Positions 14,361-27,700 of a stretch of DNA of 64,000 nt are shown here, piece after piece. The position numbers were made by a program, and so were the translations under genes. Position 1 is the stretch's first letter; each line of letters starts with the position of its first letter. Location: assembly GCF_009914755.1 (NCBI RefSeq), contig NC_060932.1; one strand, given 5' to 3'. A model generated the notes under the pieces. The model did not search any database, had not been told where the DNA came from, and saw only the letters and a list, made by a program, of their open reading frames with translations. Source of the stretch: the human T2T-CHM13v2.0 reference genome, Homo sapiens.

Positions 14361-15882
14361 TAAATCTTTCTTTTGATTCAGCAGTTTGGAAACACTCTTT
14401 TTTGTAGAACCTGCGAAGGGCCATTTCAGAGCTAACAAATGCCTTCAGTGAAAAAACAAATATCCCATGAAAAAATTATAAAGAAGCAGTCTGTGAAACT
14501 GCTTTATGATTTGTGCATTCAGGTAATCCAGTTAAACCCTAATTTCATTCAGCTATTTGGAAACACTCTTTCTGTAGAATGTGCAAAGAGACATTTTAAA
14601 AGGCCTTGAGGATTATGGTGAAAAAACGAATATGCCTTGATACAAACTAGAAAGAAACTTTTTCTGAAACAGCTTCGTGATGCATGGATTCAGCTAACAG
14701 AGTTAAAACTTTCTTTCTATTCAGCAGGTGGGAAACACTCTTTTTGTAGAATCTGCAGAGGGACATTTTGGATCCCACTTAGGCCTACAGTGAAAAATGG
14801 AATATCCCCAGAAAAAACCCAGAAAGAAGCTATCTATGAAACTGCTTTGTGACATGTGGATTCAGCTCTCAGAGTTAAACATTTCTATTGATTCAGCAGT
14901 TTGGAAAGACCCTTTTTGTAGAATCTATGAAGAGACATTTTGGAGTGCAGTGACACCTACTGTGAAAAACTGAATATCCTGCCACAAATACTATAGAGAA
15001 GCTATCTCTAAAACTGTTTTTTGATGTGTGGATGCAGCTCACTGAGATAAACCTCTCTTTTGATTAAGAAGGGACTCTTTGGATCCCACTAAGGCCTTAG
15101 TCAAAAACTGAATATTCCTGAATAAAAACTAGGAAGAAGCTATCTGTGAAACTGCTTTGTGAGCTGTCAATTCAGCTCACAGAGTTAAAACTTTCTTTTG
15201 ATTCAGCAATTTGGAAACCCTTTTTTGTAGAAACTCTGAAGGGGCATTTTGGAGCCCACGGAGGCCTTAGTGAAAAACTAAATATTCCTGGATATAAACT
15301 GGAAAGAAGCTATCTGTGAAACTGCTTTGTGAGTTGTGAATTCAGCTCACAGAGTTAAAATTTTCCTTTGATTCAGCAATATGGTAACCCTTTTTTGGTA
15401 GAATCTGCAAAGGGACATTGTGGTACATAGTAAGGCATATAGTAAAAAACAAAATATCTCATGATAAAAACAGATAGAAATTATTTGTGAAACGACTATG
15501 TGATGTGTGGATTCAGCTGACAGGGTTAAACTTTTTTTTTCATTCAGCAGTTTGGAAAAACTGTATTTGCAGAATCTGCGAAGGGACATTTCAAAGGGCA
15601 TTGAGGCTTATAGTGAAAAACCGATTATCACATGGTAAAATCTACAAAGAAGCTATCTGTGATACTGCTTTCTGACGTGTGGACTCAGCTCACAGAATTA
15701 AACCTTTCTTTTGATTCAGTGGGTTGGAAATACTCTTTTTGTAGAATCTGCAAAGAGGTATTTCAGAGCCCACTAGGCCTATAGTGAAAAACCATATATC
15801 CCAACACAATTACTAGAAAGAAACTACCTGTAAAACTGCTTTCTGATATGTGCATTTAGCTCAGAGAGTTAAACCTTTCTTT

Positions 15883-16209
15883 CTCTTTCTTACTTTCTTT
15901 ATTTCTTTCTTTCCTTTCTTTTTTTGGGGGATGGAGTTTCACTCTTGTTGCCCATGCTGGAGTACCATGGTGCAATCTCAGCTCACTGCAACATTTGCCT
16001 TCTGGTTTCAAGCGACTCTCTTGCCTCTGCCTTCCAAGAAGCTAGGATTACAAGAGCCCACCACGACACTTGGCTAATTGTTTGTATTTTTAGTAGAGAC
16101 AGGGTTTCACCATGTTGTCCAGGCTGATCTTGAATGCCTGACTTCATGTTCCACCCACCTCAGCCTCCCAAAGTGCTGGAGTTACAGGCATGGGCCACCG
16201 CACATGGCC
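15883..16209 (-). mobile_element. Alu SINE (AluS-type), full length, copy 2, tail decayed to a (CTTT)n-like tract
   Basis: Antisense Alu GATGGAGTTTCACTCTTGTTGCCC...CACATGGCC. TSD TAAACCTTTCTTT at 15870 and 16210. Confidence 0.95.
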
Positions 16210-18253
16210 TAAACCTTTCTTTTCATTTAGCAGTTTGGAAAAACCTTTTTGTAGAATCTGTGAAGGGTCATTTCAGAGCTCATTGATGCCTATAAAGAAA
16301 AGCCAAATATCCTTTGATAAAACTGAGAAAGAACTGATCTATGAAACTGCCTTGTGATGTGGGCATTCAGCTAACTGAGTTAAACCTTAATTTGATTCAG
16401 CTATTTGGAAACATGATTTTAGTAGAATGTGTGAAGGGATATTTTGGAGGGCCTTGAGGATCATAGTAAAAGACCGAAAATACCTCAATACTATTTGTGA
16501 AACTGTTGGTGAGGTGTGGATTCCGCTAACAGAGTTAAACCTTTCTTTTGATTCAGCAGTTTGGAAAACTTTTTTTGTAGAATCTGTGAAAAGATATTTT
16601 GTAGGACGGTAAGAAATATTGTGAAAAAAAGAATATCACATCAGAAACTCTATACAAATCCTATCTGTGAAACTGGTTTTTGGTGTGGATTCAGCTCACA
16701 GAGTTAAATTTTTCTTTTGATTCTGCAGTTTGGTAATGCCCTTTTTGTAGAATTTACGAAGGGACATTTCAAAGCCCACCAAGGCCTATAATGAAAATCC
16801 TACCTTAGATAAAAACTAGAAATAAGCTCTCTGTGAAACTGCTTTGTGATGTGTGGATTTAGCTCACAGAGTTAAACCATTCTTTTGAATCAGCAGTTTG
16901 GAAACAAAGTTTTTGTAGAATCTGCAAAGTGATATTTCAGAGCCCACTGAAGCCTATAATGAAAAACAGAATATCCCTAGATAAAAACTAAAAAGAAGCT
17001 ATTCGTAAAACTCCTTTGTGATGTGTGCATTCAACTCAGATAGTGAAACCTTAGTATTGATTTAGAAGTTTGGAAACACTCTTTTTGTGGAATCTGTGAA
17101 GAAACATTTCAGAATGCAGTAAGGCCTATAGTGAAAAATGTAATATCACGTGATAAAACCTAAAAAGAAGCTACCTGTGAAACTGCTTTGTGATGTGTGG
17201 ATTCAGCTCACAAAGTTAAACATTTGTTTTGATTCAGAGGTTGGAAATATTCTTTTTGTAGAATCTGTGAAGAAACATTTTGGAGACCACAGAGGCCTGT
17301 AATGAAAAATTGAATATCCCTAGATGAAAACAAGAAAGAAGCTATATGTGAAACTGTTTCATGATGTATGCATTAAGCTCACAGAATTAAATGTTAATTG
17401 GATTCAGCTCTTTGAAAACACTGTTTTGGTAGATTGTGCGAAGGGACACTTTGGAGGCCCTTGAAGCCTGTGGTGAGAAACTGAATATGACATGATAAAA
17501 TCTAGAAGGAAGTTATCTGTGAAAATGTTTTGTGATGTACGGCTTCATCTCACAGAGTTAAACCTTTCTTTTGATTCAGCCATTTAGAAACATTCTTTTG
17601 GTAGAATTTGAGATGGGACATTTTGGGTTCACTGAGTCCCATAGTGAACAACTGAATATCCCAACATAAAAACTAGAAAGAAGCTTTTTGTGAATCTGCA
17701 ATGTAATGTGTGCATTCAGCTCACAGTTAAATCTTTCTTGTGATTCCTGAGGTGGGAAACACTCTTTTCATAGAATCTGCAAAGAAACTTTTCAGAAAAA
17801 ATTTTCTGAGGCTTATACTGAAAAACGTTATATTTCTAGATAAAAACTAGAAAGAAGCTATCTGTGAAATGACTTTGTGATGTGTGAGTTCAGCTCTCAG
17901 AGTTAAATCTTATTTTGACTCAGAAGTTTGGAAGTGTATTTTTCTAGAATCTACAAAGGGACATTTCAAAGGACATTGAGGCCTATAGTGAAAAATCGAA
18001 TATCATGCAATAAATTCTACAAACTATCTGTGAAACTGCTTTATGATATGTGGATTCAGTCCACAGAATTAAAACTTTCTTTTGATTCAGCAGGTTGGAA
18101 ACACTCTTTTTGCAGAATCAGTGAAGGGATATTTCAGAGCCCTCTAGTCCTATAGTGAAAAACCAAATATGCCAAGATAAAAATTAGAAAGACACTATCC
18201 GTAAAACTGCTTTCTGATGTGTGCATTCAGCTCACAGTGTTACACCTTTCTTT

Positions 18254-18561
18254 CTTATTCTTTTTTTTTTTTTTCAGATGGAGTTTCACTTTTGTTTCCC
18301 AAGCTGGAGTGCCATGGCAAAATCTCAGCAGACTGCAACTTCCATATTCCAGTTTCAAGTGATTCTTCTGCCTATGCCTCCTGAGTAGCTGGGATTACAG
18401 GTGCCCACGACCATGCCTGGCTAATTTTTTTTTTTGTATTTTTAGTAGAGACAGGATTTCACCATGTTGGCCAGGCTGGTCTCAAACTCCTGCCCTCATG
18501 ATCTGTCTGCCTTGGCACCCCAAAGTGCTGGGATTACAGACATGGGCTACCCTACATGGCC
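18254..18561 (-). mobile_element. Alu SINE (AluS-type), full length, copy 3
   Basis: Poly-T, then antisense Alu GATGGAGTTTCACTTTTGTTTCCC...TACATGGCC. TSD TACACCTTTCTTT (18241) / TAAACCTTTCTTT (18562). Confidence 0.95.
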
Positions 18562-21500
18562 TAAACCTTTCTTTTGATTCAGCAGTTTGGAAACACTCTT
18601 TTTGTAGAATCTGCAAAGGGACATTTCAGAGCTCACTGATGCCTATATTGAAAAACCAAATATCCTACAATAAAAACAAGAAAGAAGTGGTCTTTGAAAC
18701 TGCTTTGTGATGTGTGTGCACAGCTAACTGAGTTAAACCTTAATTTGATTCAGCTCCTTGGAAGCACTAGTTTTGTAGAATGTGTGAAGGGACATTTTCG
18801 AAGGCCTTGAAGATTATAATGAAAAACCGAATATACCTCAATACAAACTAGAAATAAGCTATTTGTGAAACTGCATTGTGATGCATGGATTCAGCTAATA
18901 GAATTAAATCTTTTTTTGATTCAGCATGTTGGAAACCCTCTTTTTGTGGAATCTGTGAAGGGACATTTTGGAGCCCACTTAGGCCTAGAGTGAAAAACCG
19001 AATATTCCTAGAAAAAAAAACTAGAAAGAAGTTATCTGTGAAACTGATTTCTTATGTGTGGATTCAGCTCTAAGAGTTAAATTTTTCTATTGATTCAGCA
19101 GTTTGGAAATGCACTTTTTGTAAAATCTACGGAGTGCAGTGAAGCCTACAGTGAAAAACAAAATATCCTGTGATAAAAACTATAAAGAAGCTATCTCTAA
19201 AACTGCTTTGTGATGTGTGGATGCAGCTCACTGAGTTATAATTTTCTTTTCGTTCGGCGCATTAAAAATACTTTTTTTGTAGAATCCTTGAGTGGACATT
19301 TAGGAGCCAACTGGGGCCTTAGTGAAAAACAGAATATTCCTGGATAAAAACCAGAAAGAAGCTATCTGTGAAACTGCTTTGTGAGGTGTGGCTTCAGCTC
19401 ACAGAGTTAAATGTTCCTTTTGATTCAGCAGTTTGGAAACTTTTTTTGTAGAATCTACAAAAGGACAATTTGGAGCACAGTTAGGAATATTGTGAAAAAT
19501 CAAGTATCCCGTCATAAAATCTATTAAAAAGCTATCTGTGAAACCGGTTTTTGATATGTGGATTCAGCTTATGGAATTAAACCTATCTTTTGATTCTGCA
19601 GTTTGGAAAAACTTTCTGTAGAATTTGCAAAGGGACGTTTCAAAGGGCATTGAGTCCTATATTAAAAAATATAATGTCCCACAATAAAAACTAGAAAGAA
19701 GCTGTTTGTGAGACTGCTTTGTGCTGCGTGAATTCACCTCACAGAGTTAAACCTTCCTTTTGATTCAGCAAGTGGAAAACACTCTTTTTGTAGAATCTGG
19801 GAAAGGACTCTTCAGAGCTCAATGATGTCTAGAGTGAAAAACTGAAACTCCTGGGATAAAAACTAGAAATAAGCATTCTGTGAAACTGCTTTGCTATGTA
19901 TGCATTCAACTAAAACATTAAACCTTACTTTTGATTGAGCAGGTTGTAAACACTCTTTTTATAGAATCTGGAAAGGGACATTTCAGAGTGCAATGAGGCC
20001 TTCAGTGAAAAACAGAATAACCTGTGATAAAACTAAAAACAAGCTATCTGTGAAACTGCCTTATGATGTGTGGATTCAGCTCACAGAGTTAAATCTTTTT
20101 TTGATTCAGCCACTTGGAAAAACTGTTTCTATAAAATCTGTGAACTGACATTTGGAGCGCCATAATACATATAGTGAAAAATCGAATATGCCTAGTTACA
20201 AACTAGAAAGCAGCTATCTGTGAAAATGTTTTGTGATGTGTGCACTTAGGTAACAGAGTTAAACCTTACTTTTGAGTCAGCAGTTTAAAAACACTCTATT
20301 TCTAGAATCTGTGAAAGGAGACTTCGGAGCACGTTGATGCCCATAGTAAAAAATCAAATATTTCTATATATAAATTAGAAAGGAGCTGTGTGTGAAACTG
20401 CTTTGTGATGTGTGGATTCAGCTCACAGATTTAAATCATTCCTCTTATTCAGAAGTTTGAAAACACTCTTTTTGTAGAATCTGTGCAAGGATATTTCAGA
20501 GTACAGTAAGGCCTATAGTGAAAATCAACGTATCCCATGACAAATGTAGAAAGAAGCTATCTGTGATACTGCTTTGTGATGTTTGCATTCAGCTCACAGA
20601 GTTAAAACTTTCCTTTGATTCAGCAGTTTGGAAACACTGGGACATTTCTGAGATTACTGAGACCTACAGTGAAAAACCTAATATCCTGAGATAAAAACTA
20701 GAAAGAAGCTTCTGTGAAACTGCTTTGTGATGTGTGCATTCAGCTCACATAAAATCAGAAAATGTTCCAATAAAAATTAGAAAGAAGCATTCTGTGAAAC
20801 TACTTTTTGATGTTCACATTCAGCTCACAAAATTAAACCTTACTTTTGATTGAACAGGTTGGAAACAATCTTTTTGTAGAATCTGGAAAGGGACATTTCA
20901 AACTGCTTTGTGGTGTGTGGATTCAGGTCACATAGTTAAATCTTTCTTTTGATTCAACAGGTTGGAAACACTTTTTTTGTAGAATCTGTGAGGGCATGTT
21001 ATGAAGCCCACTGAAGCATACAGTAAAAAACAAAATCTCCCATGATTAAAATTACAAAGAAACCATCTGTGAAACTGCTTTGTGATGTGTGGATTCTGCT
21101 CACAGTGTTAAACCTTTCTTTTGATTCAGCAGGTTTGGAAACACCCTTTTTGTAGAATCTCTGAAGGGACATTTAGGAGCCCATTGGGGCCTATGGTGAA
21201 AAACTGAAATATCTTCAGATAAAAACTATTAAGAAGCTATCTGTGAAACTACTTTGTAATATGCACATTAGACTCAAACAGTTAAACTTTTCTATTGGGA
21301 CAGCAGGTTGGAAACACTATTCTTGTAAAACCTATGATTGAACATTTCAGAGTCCACAGTGGTTTATAGTGAAATCCGGATATCTTGCATTAAAAACAAG
21401 AAAGATGTTATCTGTGAAAAAGCTTTGTGATGTGTGCATTCATCTTACAGATAGAGACCTTTCTTTTGATTCAGCAGGTAGGAAACTCTCTTTCTGTAGA

Positions 21501-21726
21501 ATCTGTAAATGGATATTTCAGAGCACACTAAGGCCTGTAGTGAAAAGCTGAATATCTCAAGATAAAAACTAGAAAATTCAATCTGTGAAACTGCTTTGTG
21601 ATGTGTGGGTTCAGCACACATAGTTAAATCTTTTGTTTCTTTCAGAAGGTTCTAACCACTTTTTTTGTAGAATGTGTAAAGGGACATTTCTAAGCCCACT
21701 GAGGCCTATAGTGAAAAATCAAATAT

Positions 21727-21770
21727 CACACACACACATATACACACACAAACACACACACACACACACA
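21727..21770 (+). repeat. Interrupted (CA)n microsatellite inside an alpha monomer
   Basis: CACACACACACATATACACACACAAACACACACACACACACACA between AAATAT and AACTAATAAG. Confidence 0.9.
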
Positions 21771-24700
21771 AACTAATAAGAAGTTATATGTGAAACTACT
21801 TTGTGATGTGTGGGTTCAGCTCAGAGAGTTAAACTTTTCTTTTGATTGAGCAGGTTGAAAACACTCTTTTTGTAGAATATTCAGAGAGATATTTCAAGGT
21901 CCTTTGAGGCCTATGCTGAAAAACTGGATATCTCACAATAAAAACTAGAAAGAAGCCACCTGTGAAACTGCTTTATGATGTGTGCTATCAGCTCACAGAC
22001 TTAAACCTTTGTTTTATTCAGCAGGTTGGAAATACTCTTTTTAGAATCTGTGATGGGACATATCGAAGCTCACTGAGGCCTATTGTGGACAACCAAATGT
22101 CCTGTGATAAAAACAAGAAAAGCTATCTGTGATACTACTCTGTGATGTCTGCATTCAGTTAAAAACTTAAATCTTTATTTTGATTCAGCAGGTTGAAAAC
22201 ATGTTTTTGTAGAATCTGCAAAGAGACATTTCAGAGCCCAATTAGACCCATAGTAAATAACAGAATATCCCGTGATAAAAACCAGAAAGAATCTATCTGT
22301 GAAACTGATTTTTGATGTGTGGATTCAGCTAACAGGGATAAACTATCTGTGGATTCAGCAGGTTGAAAACCCTCTTTATGTATAATCTGTGAATGGACAT
22401 TACAAAGCCCAGTGAGGCCCATAGTAAAAAACTGAATATCCCATGATAAAAACAAGAAAGAAGCCATCTGTGAAATTGCTTTGTTATGTGTGAGTTCAGT
22501 TCAAAAAGTTTAACCTTTCTTCTGAATCAGCAGCTTGAAAACACTCTTATTTGTAGAATCTGTGAAGGAACATTTCAGAGCCCACTGAGGATTACAGTGA
22601 AAAACAGAATACCCAGTGATAAAAACTAGATAGAAGCTATCTGTAAAACAACTTTATGATATGTTGATTCAGCTCACAGAGTTAAACATTTCTTTAGATT
22701 CAACAGGTTGGAAATACTCTTTTTGTAGAATCTGTGAAGGGACATATCACAGCCCACCGAGGCCTATAGTGAAAAATGAAATATACCACAATAAAAAATA
22801 GAAAGAAACTATTTGTGAAACTGCTTTGTGATGAGCAGATTCAGTTCACAGAGTTTAACCTTTCTTTTGATTCAGCATGTTGAAAACACTACTTTTGTAG
22901 AATCTGTGAATTGGTTTTGGAGCCCAGTGAGGCCTGTAGTGAAAAACGTAATATCCTGTGATAAAAACTAGAAAGCACCTACCTGTGAAACTGCTTTGTG
23001 ATGTGTGTATTAAGCTCACAGAGTTAAACTTTCTTTTGATTCAGCCGTTTGGAAAAAGTCTTTTTGTATAATCTGCGAGGGACATTTCCGATCCCACTGA
23101 GGCCTATAGTGCAACTCCGAATATCCCGCAATAAAAACTAGAATCAATTTGTGAAACTGCTTTGGGATTTGACATTGAGCTCACAGAGGTAATTTTTTCT
23201 TTTGATTCAGCAGACTGGAAACACTTTTTTTTGTTGAATCTGTGAAGGGACATTTCAGTGCTCACTGAGGCCTACAGTAAAAAAACTGAATATCTCACCA
23301 TAAAAACTAGAAAGTAGCTACCTGTGAAACTGATTTAGGGTGTGTAGATAGAGTTCATAGAGTTGCACCTTTCTTTTGATTCAGCAGGTTGGAAACATTC
23401 TTTTTGTACAATCTGTGAAGGTACATTTCAGAGCAAACTGTGGCCTGTAGTGAAAAACCGAATATCTTGCAATAAAAACTACAAAGAATCTATCAATGAA
23501 ACTAGTTTGAAATGCGTGCATTCAGCTCACAGGATTAAAATCTATTTTGGTGCAGCATGTTGGAAACACTCTTCTTGTAAAATCTACAAATGGACGTTTC
23601 AGAGCCCACTATGATTTATAGTGAAATCTGAATGTCCAGTGATAAAAATTAGATAGAAGCTTTTTGTGAAACTGCTATTTGATGTATGTATTCAGTTCAC
23701 AGAGTTAAAAGTTTCTTTTGATGCTGTAGGTTGGAAACACTCTTTTTGGAGAATCTGTGAAAAGACATTTTGGAGCAAAATGTGACCTATACTGAAAACA
23801 CAAATATCCCATGGTAAAAACAACAAAGAAGCTACCTGTGAAACTGCTTTGTGATGTTTGCATTCAGTTCACAGAGTTAAACCATTATTTTGATTCTGCA
23901 GGTTTGAAATACTCTTTTTGTAGAATCAGCAAAGAAACATTTTGGATCCCACTGAGGCTTCTAGTGAAAAAGGGAATATCTTGCAATCAAAATAGAGAGA
24001 AGCTATCTGTGAAACTACTCCATGATGACTGGGTTCAACTCACAGAGATAAACCTTTCTTTTGATTCAGCAGGTTGGAAACATTCTTTTTGTAGAATCTG
24101 TGAAAGGATATTTCAGAGCCCTCTGAGGCCCTTAGAGAAAAAACAAATATCCTGCTATAAAAATTAAAAACAATCTATCTGTGAAACTGCATTGGATGTA
24201 TGGATTCAGTTCACAGAATCAAACCTTTCTTTTGATTAAAAAGCTTGGAAACACTCTCTCTAGAATTTGTGAATAAACCTTTTGGAGCAAAATGAGGCCT
24301 CTAGTGAGAAACCAAATATCCTGCAATAAGATCTAGAAAGAAGCTCTCTTTGAAATTACTTTGCAATGTTTGCATTGCGTTAGCAGAGTTAATCCTTTCT
24401 TTTGATTCAGCAGGCTTGAAACAATCTTTTAGTAGAATCTGCCAAGAGAGATTTCAAAACCTAAAAAAGGCCTATAGTGAAAAACAGAATATCCCATGAT
24501 AAAAACTACAAAGTAACTCTCTGTGAAACTGCTTTGTGTTGTGTGGATTCAGTTCAGAGAGTTATACCTTTATTTTGACTCACCAGTTTGGAAACACTCT
24601 TTGTGAAGACTCTGCAAAAGGACATATCGTAGCTCACTGAGGCCTTTAGTGAAAAATTGAATATCCCATAATAAAAACTGTAAAAATGCTATCTGTGAAA

Positions 24701-27700
24701 CTGCTTTGTGATACGTGGATTCAGCCAACAAAGTTAAACCTTTTTTTGATTCTGCAGGTTGGAAACACTCTTTTTGTAGGACATGTAAAGGAATACTTCA
24801 GAGCCCACTGAGGCCCATAGAGAGAAATCAAATATCCCACAATAAAACATATAAAGAATGTATGAGTGAAACTGCTTTTTGATATGTGGATTCAGCTCAC
24901 AGATTTAACCTTTTATTTGACTTAGCAGGTTAGAAACACTCTTATTGTAGGATCTGCAAGGTGACATTTTAGAGCAAACAAAGGCCTATAGTGAAAAAAC
25001 AAATATCCACGATAAAAACTACAAAGAATCTATCTGTGCAACTGCTTTGGGATGTGTGCATTCAGCTCAATGAGTTAAACCTGTATATTGATTCAGCAGG
25101 TTGGAAACACTGTTGTTGTTGAATCTGTGAGGGACATTTCAGAGCCCACTTAAGCCTATTTTGAGAAAACGAATACTTTGAGATAAAAACGTGAAGGAAG
25201 CTATCTGTGAAACTGCTTTGAATTCTGTAGATTCAGCTCATAGAGTTAAACCTTTCTTTTGATTTAGCAAGTTGGAAATACTTTTTTATAGAATATGGGA
25301 AGGGACGTTTCAGAGATCATTGAGGCCTATAGTGAGAAACTGAATATCCTGTGATAAAAACTAGAAAGAAGCTACCTGTGAAACTGCTTTGGATGTGTGC
25401 ATTCAGCTCACAGAGTTAAACATTTCTTTTGATTTCGCAGGTTGGAAGCACTCTTTTTATCAAATCTGCATCTGCGACAAAATATTTCAGAGGCCACAGA
25501 GACCTATAGTGAAACAGCAAACATTCAGTTATAAAAACAAGAAAGAAGCTGTCTGTGAAACACTTTGTGATGTGTGGATTCAACTAATAGAATTAGATCT
25601 TTCTTTTGATTCAGCAAGTTGGAAACCCTATTTTTGTACAATCTGCAAAGGGACATTTCAGACCCCACTGAACATTAAAGTGAAAAAGAAAATATATTGT
25701 GATAAAAACTAGATAGAAGCTTTCTGTGAAACTGTTTTCTTATGTGTGGATTCAGCTCACAGATTTAAACCTTTCTTTTGATTCAGCATGTTGAAACCAC
25801 ATTTGTTATAGAACCTATGAAGGGACATTTTGGAGCAAAGTTAGGCCTATAGTGAAAATCAGAAAATCCCATAATAAAAATTGGAAAGATTTTATCTGTG
25901 AAATTGCTTTTTCATTTTGCATTCAGTTCACAGAGCTAAACTATACTTTTGATTCAGCCATTTGGGAAAAGTCTTTTTCCAGAATCTGTGAAAGTATATT
26001 TCAGACCCCACTGATGCCTACAGTGAAAAACAAAATATCATGTGATAAAAACTATGCAGAGTCTCTCTGTGAAACTGCTATGTGATGTTTGCATTCAGTT
26101 CAAAGGGTTAAAGCATTCTTTTATTTTAACAAGTTGGAAACACTCTTTTCGTAGAATCTGAGAAGGGACATTTTGGAGCCCACTGGTACCTATAATGAAA
26201 AACTGAATATCCTGTGACAAAAACTAGAAAGAATCTATCTGTGAAACTGCTTTCTGATTTGTGGATTCAGCTCACAGACTTAAACTTTATTTTTGTTTCA
26301 GCAGGTTAAAAACACTATTTTTGTAGAATCTGTGAAGGGATATTTCAAAGGCCACAGAGGCCTTTATTGAAAATCCAAATATCCTGTGATAAAAAACTAC
26401 AAAAAAGCTACCTGTGAAAACTGATTTATTATGTGTGGATTCGGCTCACAGAGTTAAACATTTCTTTTGATTCAGCAGGTTGGAAGCACTTTCTTTGTAG
26501 AATCTGCAAAGAAACATTTGGAAGAAAACCACAACCAATTTGAAAAACTGAATATTCTGCAATAAAATCTAGAAAGAAGCTGTCTGTGAAACTACTCTCT
26601 GATGAGTGGATTAAACTCACAGAGTTGAACCTTTCTGTTGATTTAGCAGGTTGGAAACACTCTTTTGTAGATTCTGCAAAGAGACATTTTGGAGCACACT
26701 GAGGGCTATAGTGAAAAACAAAATACCCAGTGATAAAAAGTAGATAGAAACTATCTGTGAAACTGCTTTGTGATGTGTGGATTCAACTCACAGAGTTAAA
26801 TCTTTCTTTTGATTCTCCGGTTTGGAAACACAATTTTTGTAGAATATGTGAAGGGACATTTTGGAGCCACTGATGCCCATAGTGAAAAACTAATTATCAC
26901 ACAATAAAAACAATGAAGAATCTATCTGTGAAACTGCTATGTGGTGTTTGCATTCAGTCCACAGAGTTAAACCATTCTTTTGTTTCAGCAAGTTGGAAAC
27001 ACTCTTTTTGTAGAATCTGAGAAGGGACATTTTGGAGCCCACTGGTGCCTATAGTGAAAAACTGAATATCCCACAATAAAAACTAGAAAGAAGTTATCTG
27101 TGAAACTGCTTTCTGATGTGTGGATTCAGCTCACAGACTTAAACCTTGTTTTGGTTTCAACAGGCTAAAAACACTCTTTTTATAGAATCTACAAAGGGAC
27201 ATTTCAAAGGCCCCTGGGGCCTTTAGTGAAAAACCAAATATCCTGCAATAAAAACTACAAACAAGCTATCTGAGAAACTGATTTTTCATGTGTGGATTCA
27301 GTTCACACAGTTAAACGTTTCATTTGATTCAACAGGTAAAAAACACTCTCTTTTAAGAATCTATAAAGAAACATTTCGAAGAAAACCACAGCCTTTAGTG
27401 AAAAACTGAATATCCGGCAATAAAAACTGGAAAGAAGCTACCTGTGAAACTGCTCTCTAATGTGTGGATGTTGCTCACAGATTTGAACCTTTCTTTTGAT
27501 TTAGGAGGTTGAAAACACACTTTTTGTACATTCTGTGAACAGCCATTTTGAAGTGCACTGAGGTTGATTGTGAAAAATGGAATACCCAGTGATAAAAAGT
27601 AGAAAGAAGCTATCTGTGAAACTACTGTGTGGTGTGCAGATTCAGCTCACAGAGTTAAACTTTTCTTTTGATTCAGTAGGTTGGAAAGACTCTTTTTGAA

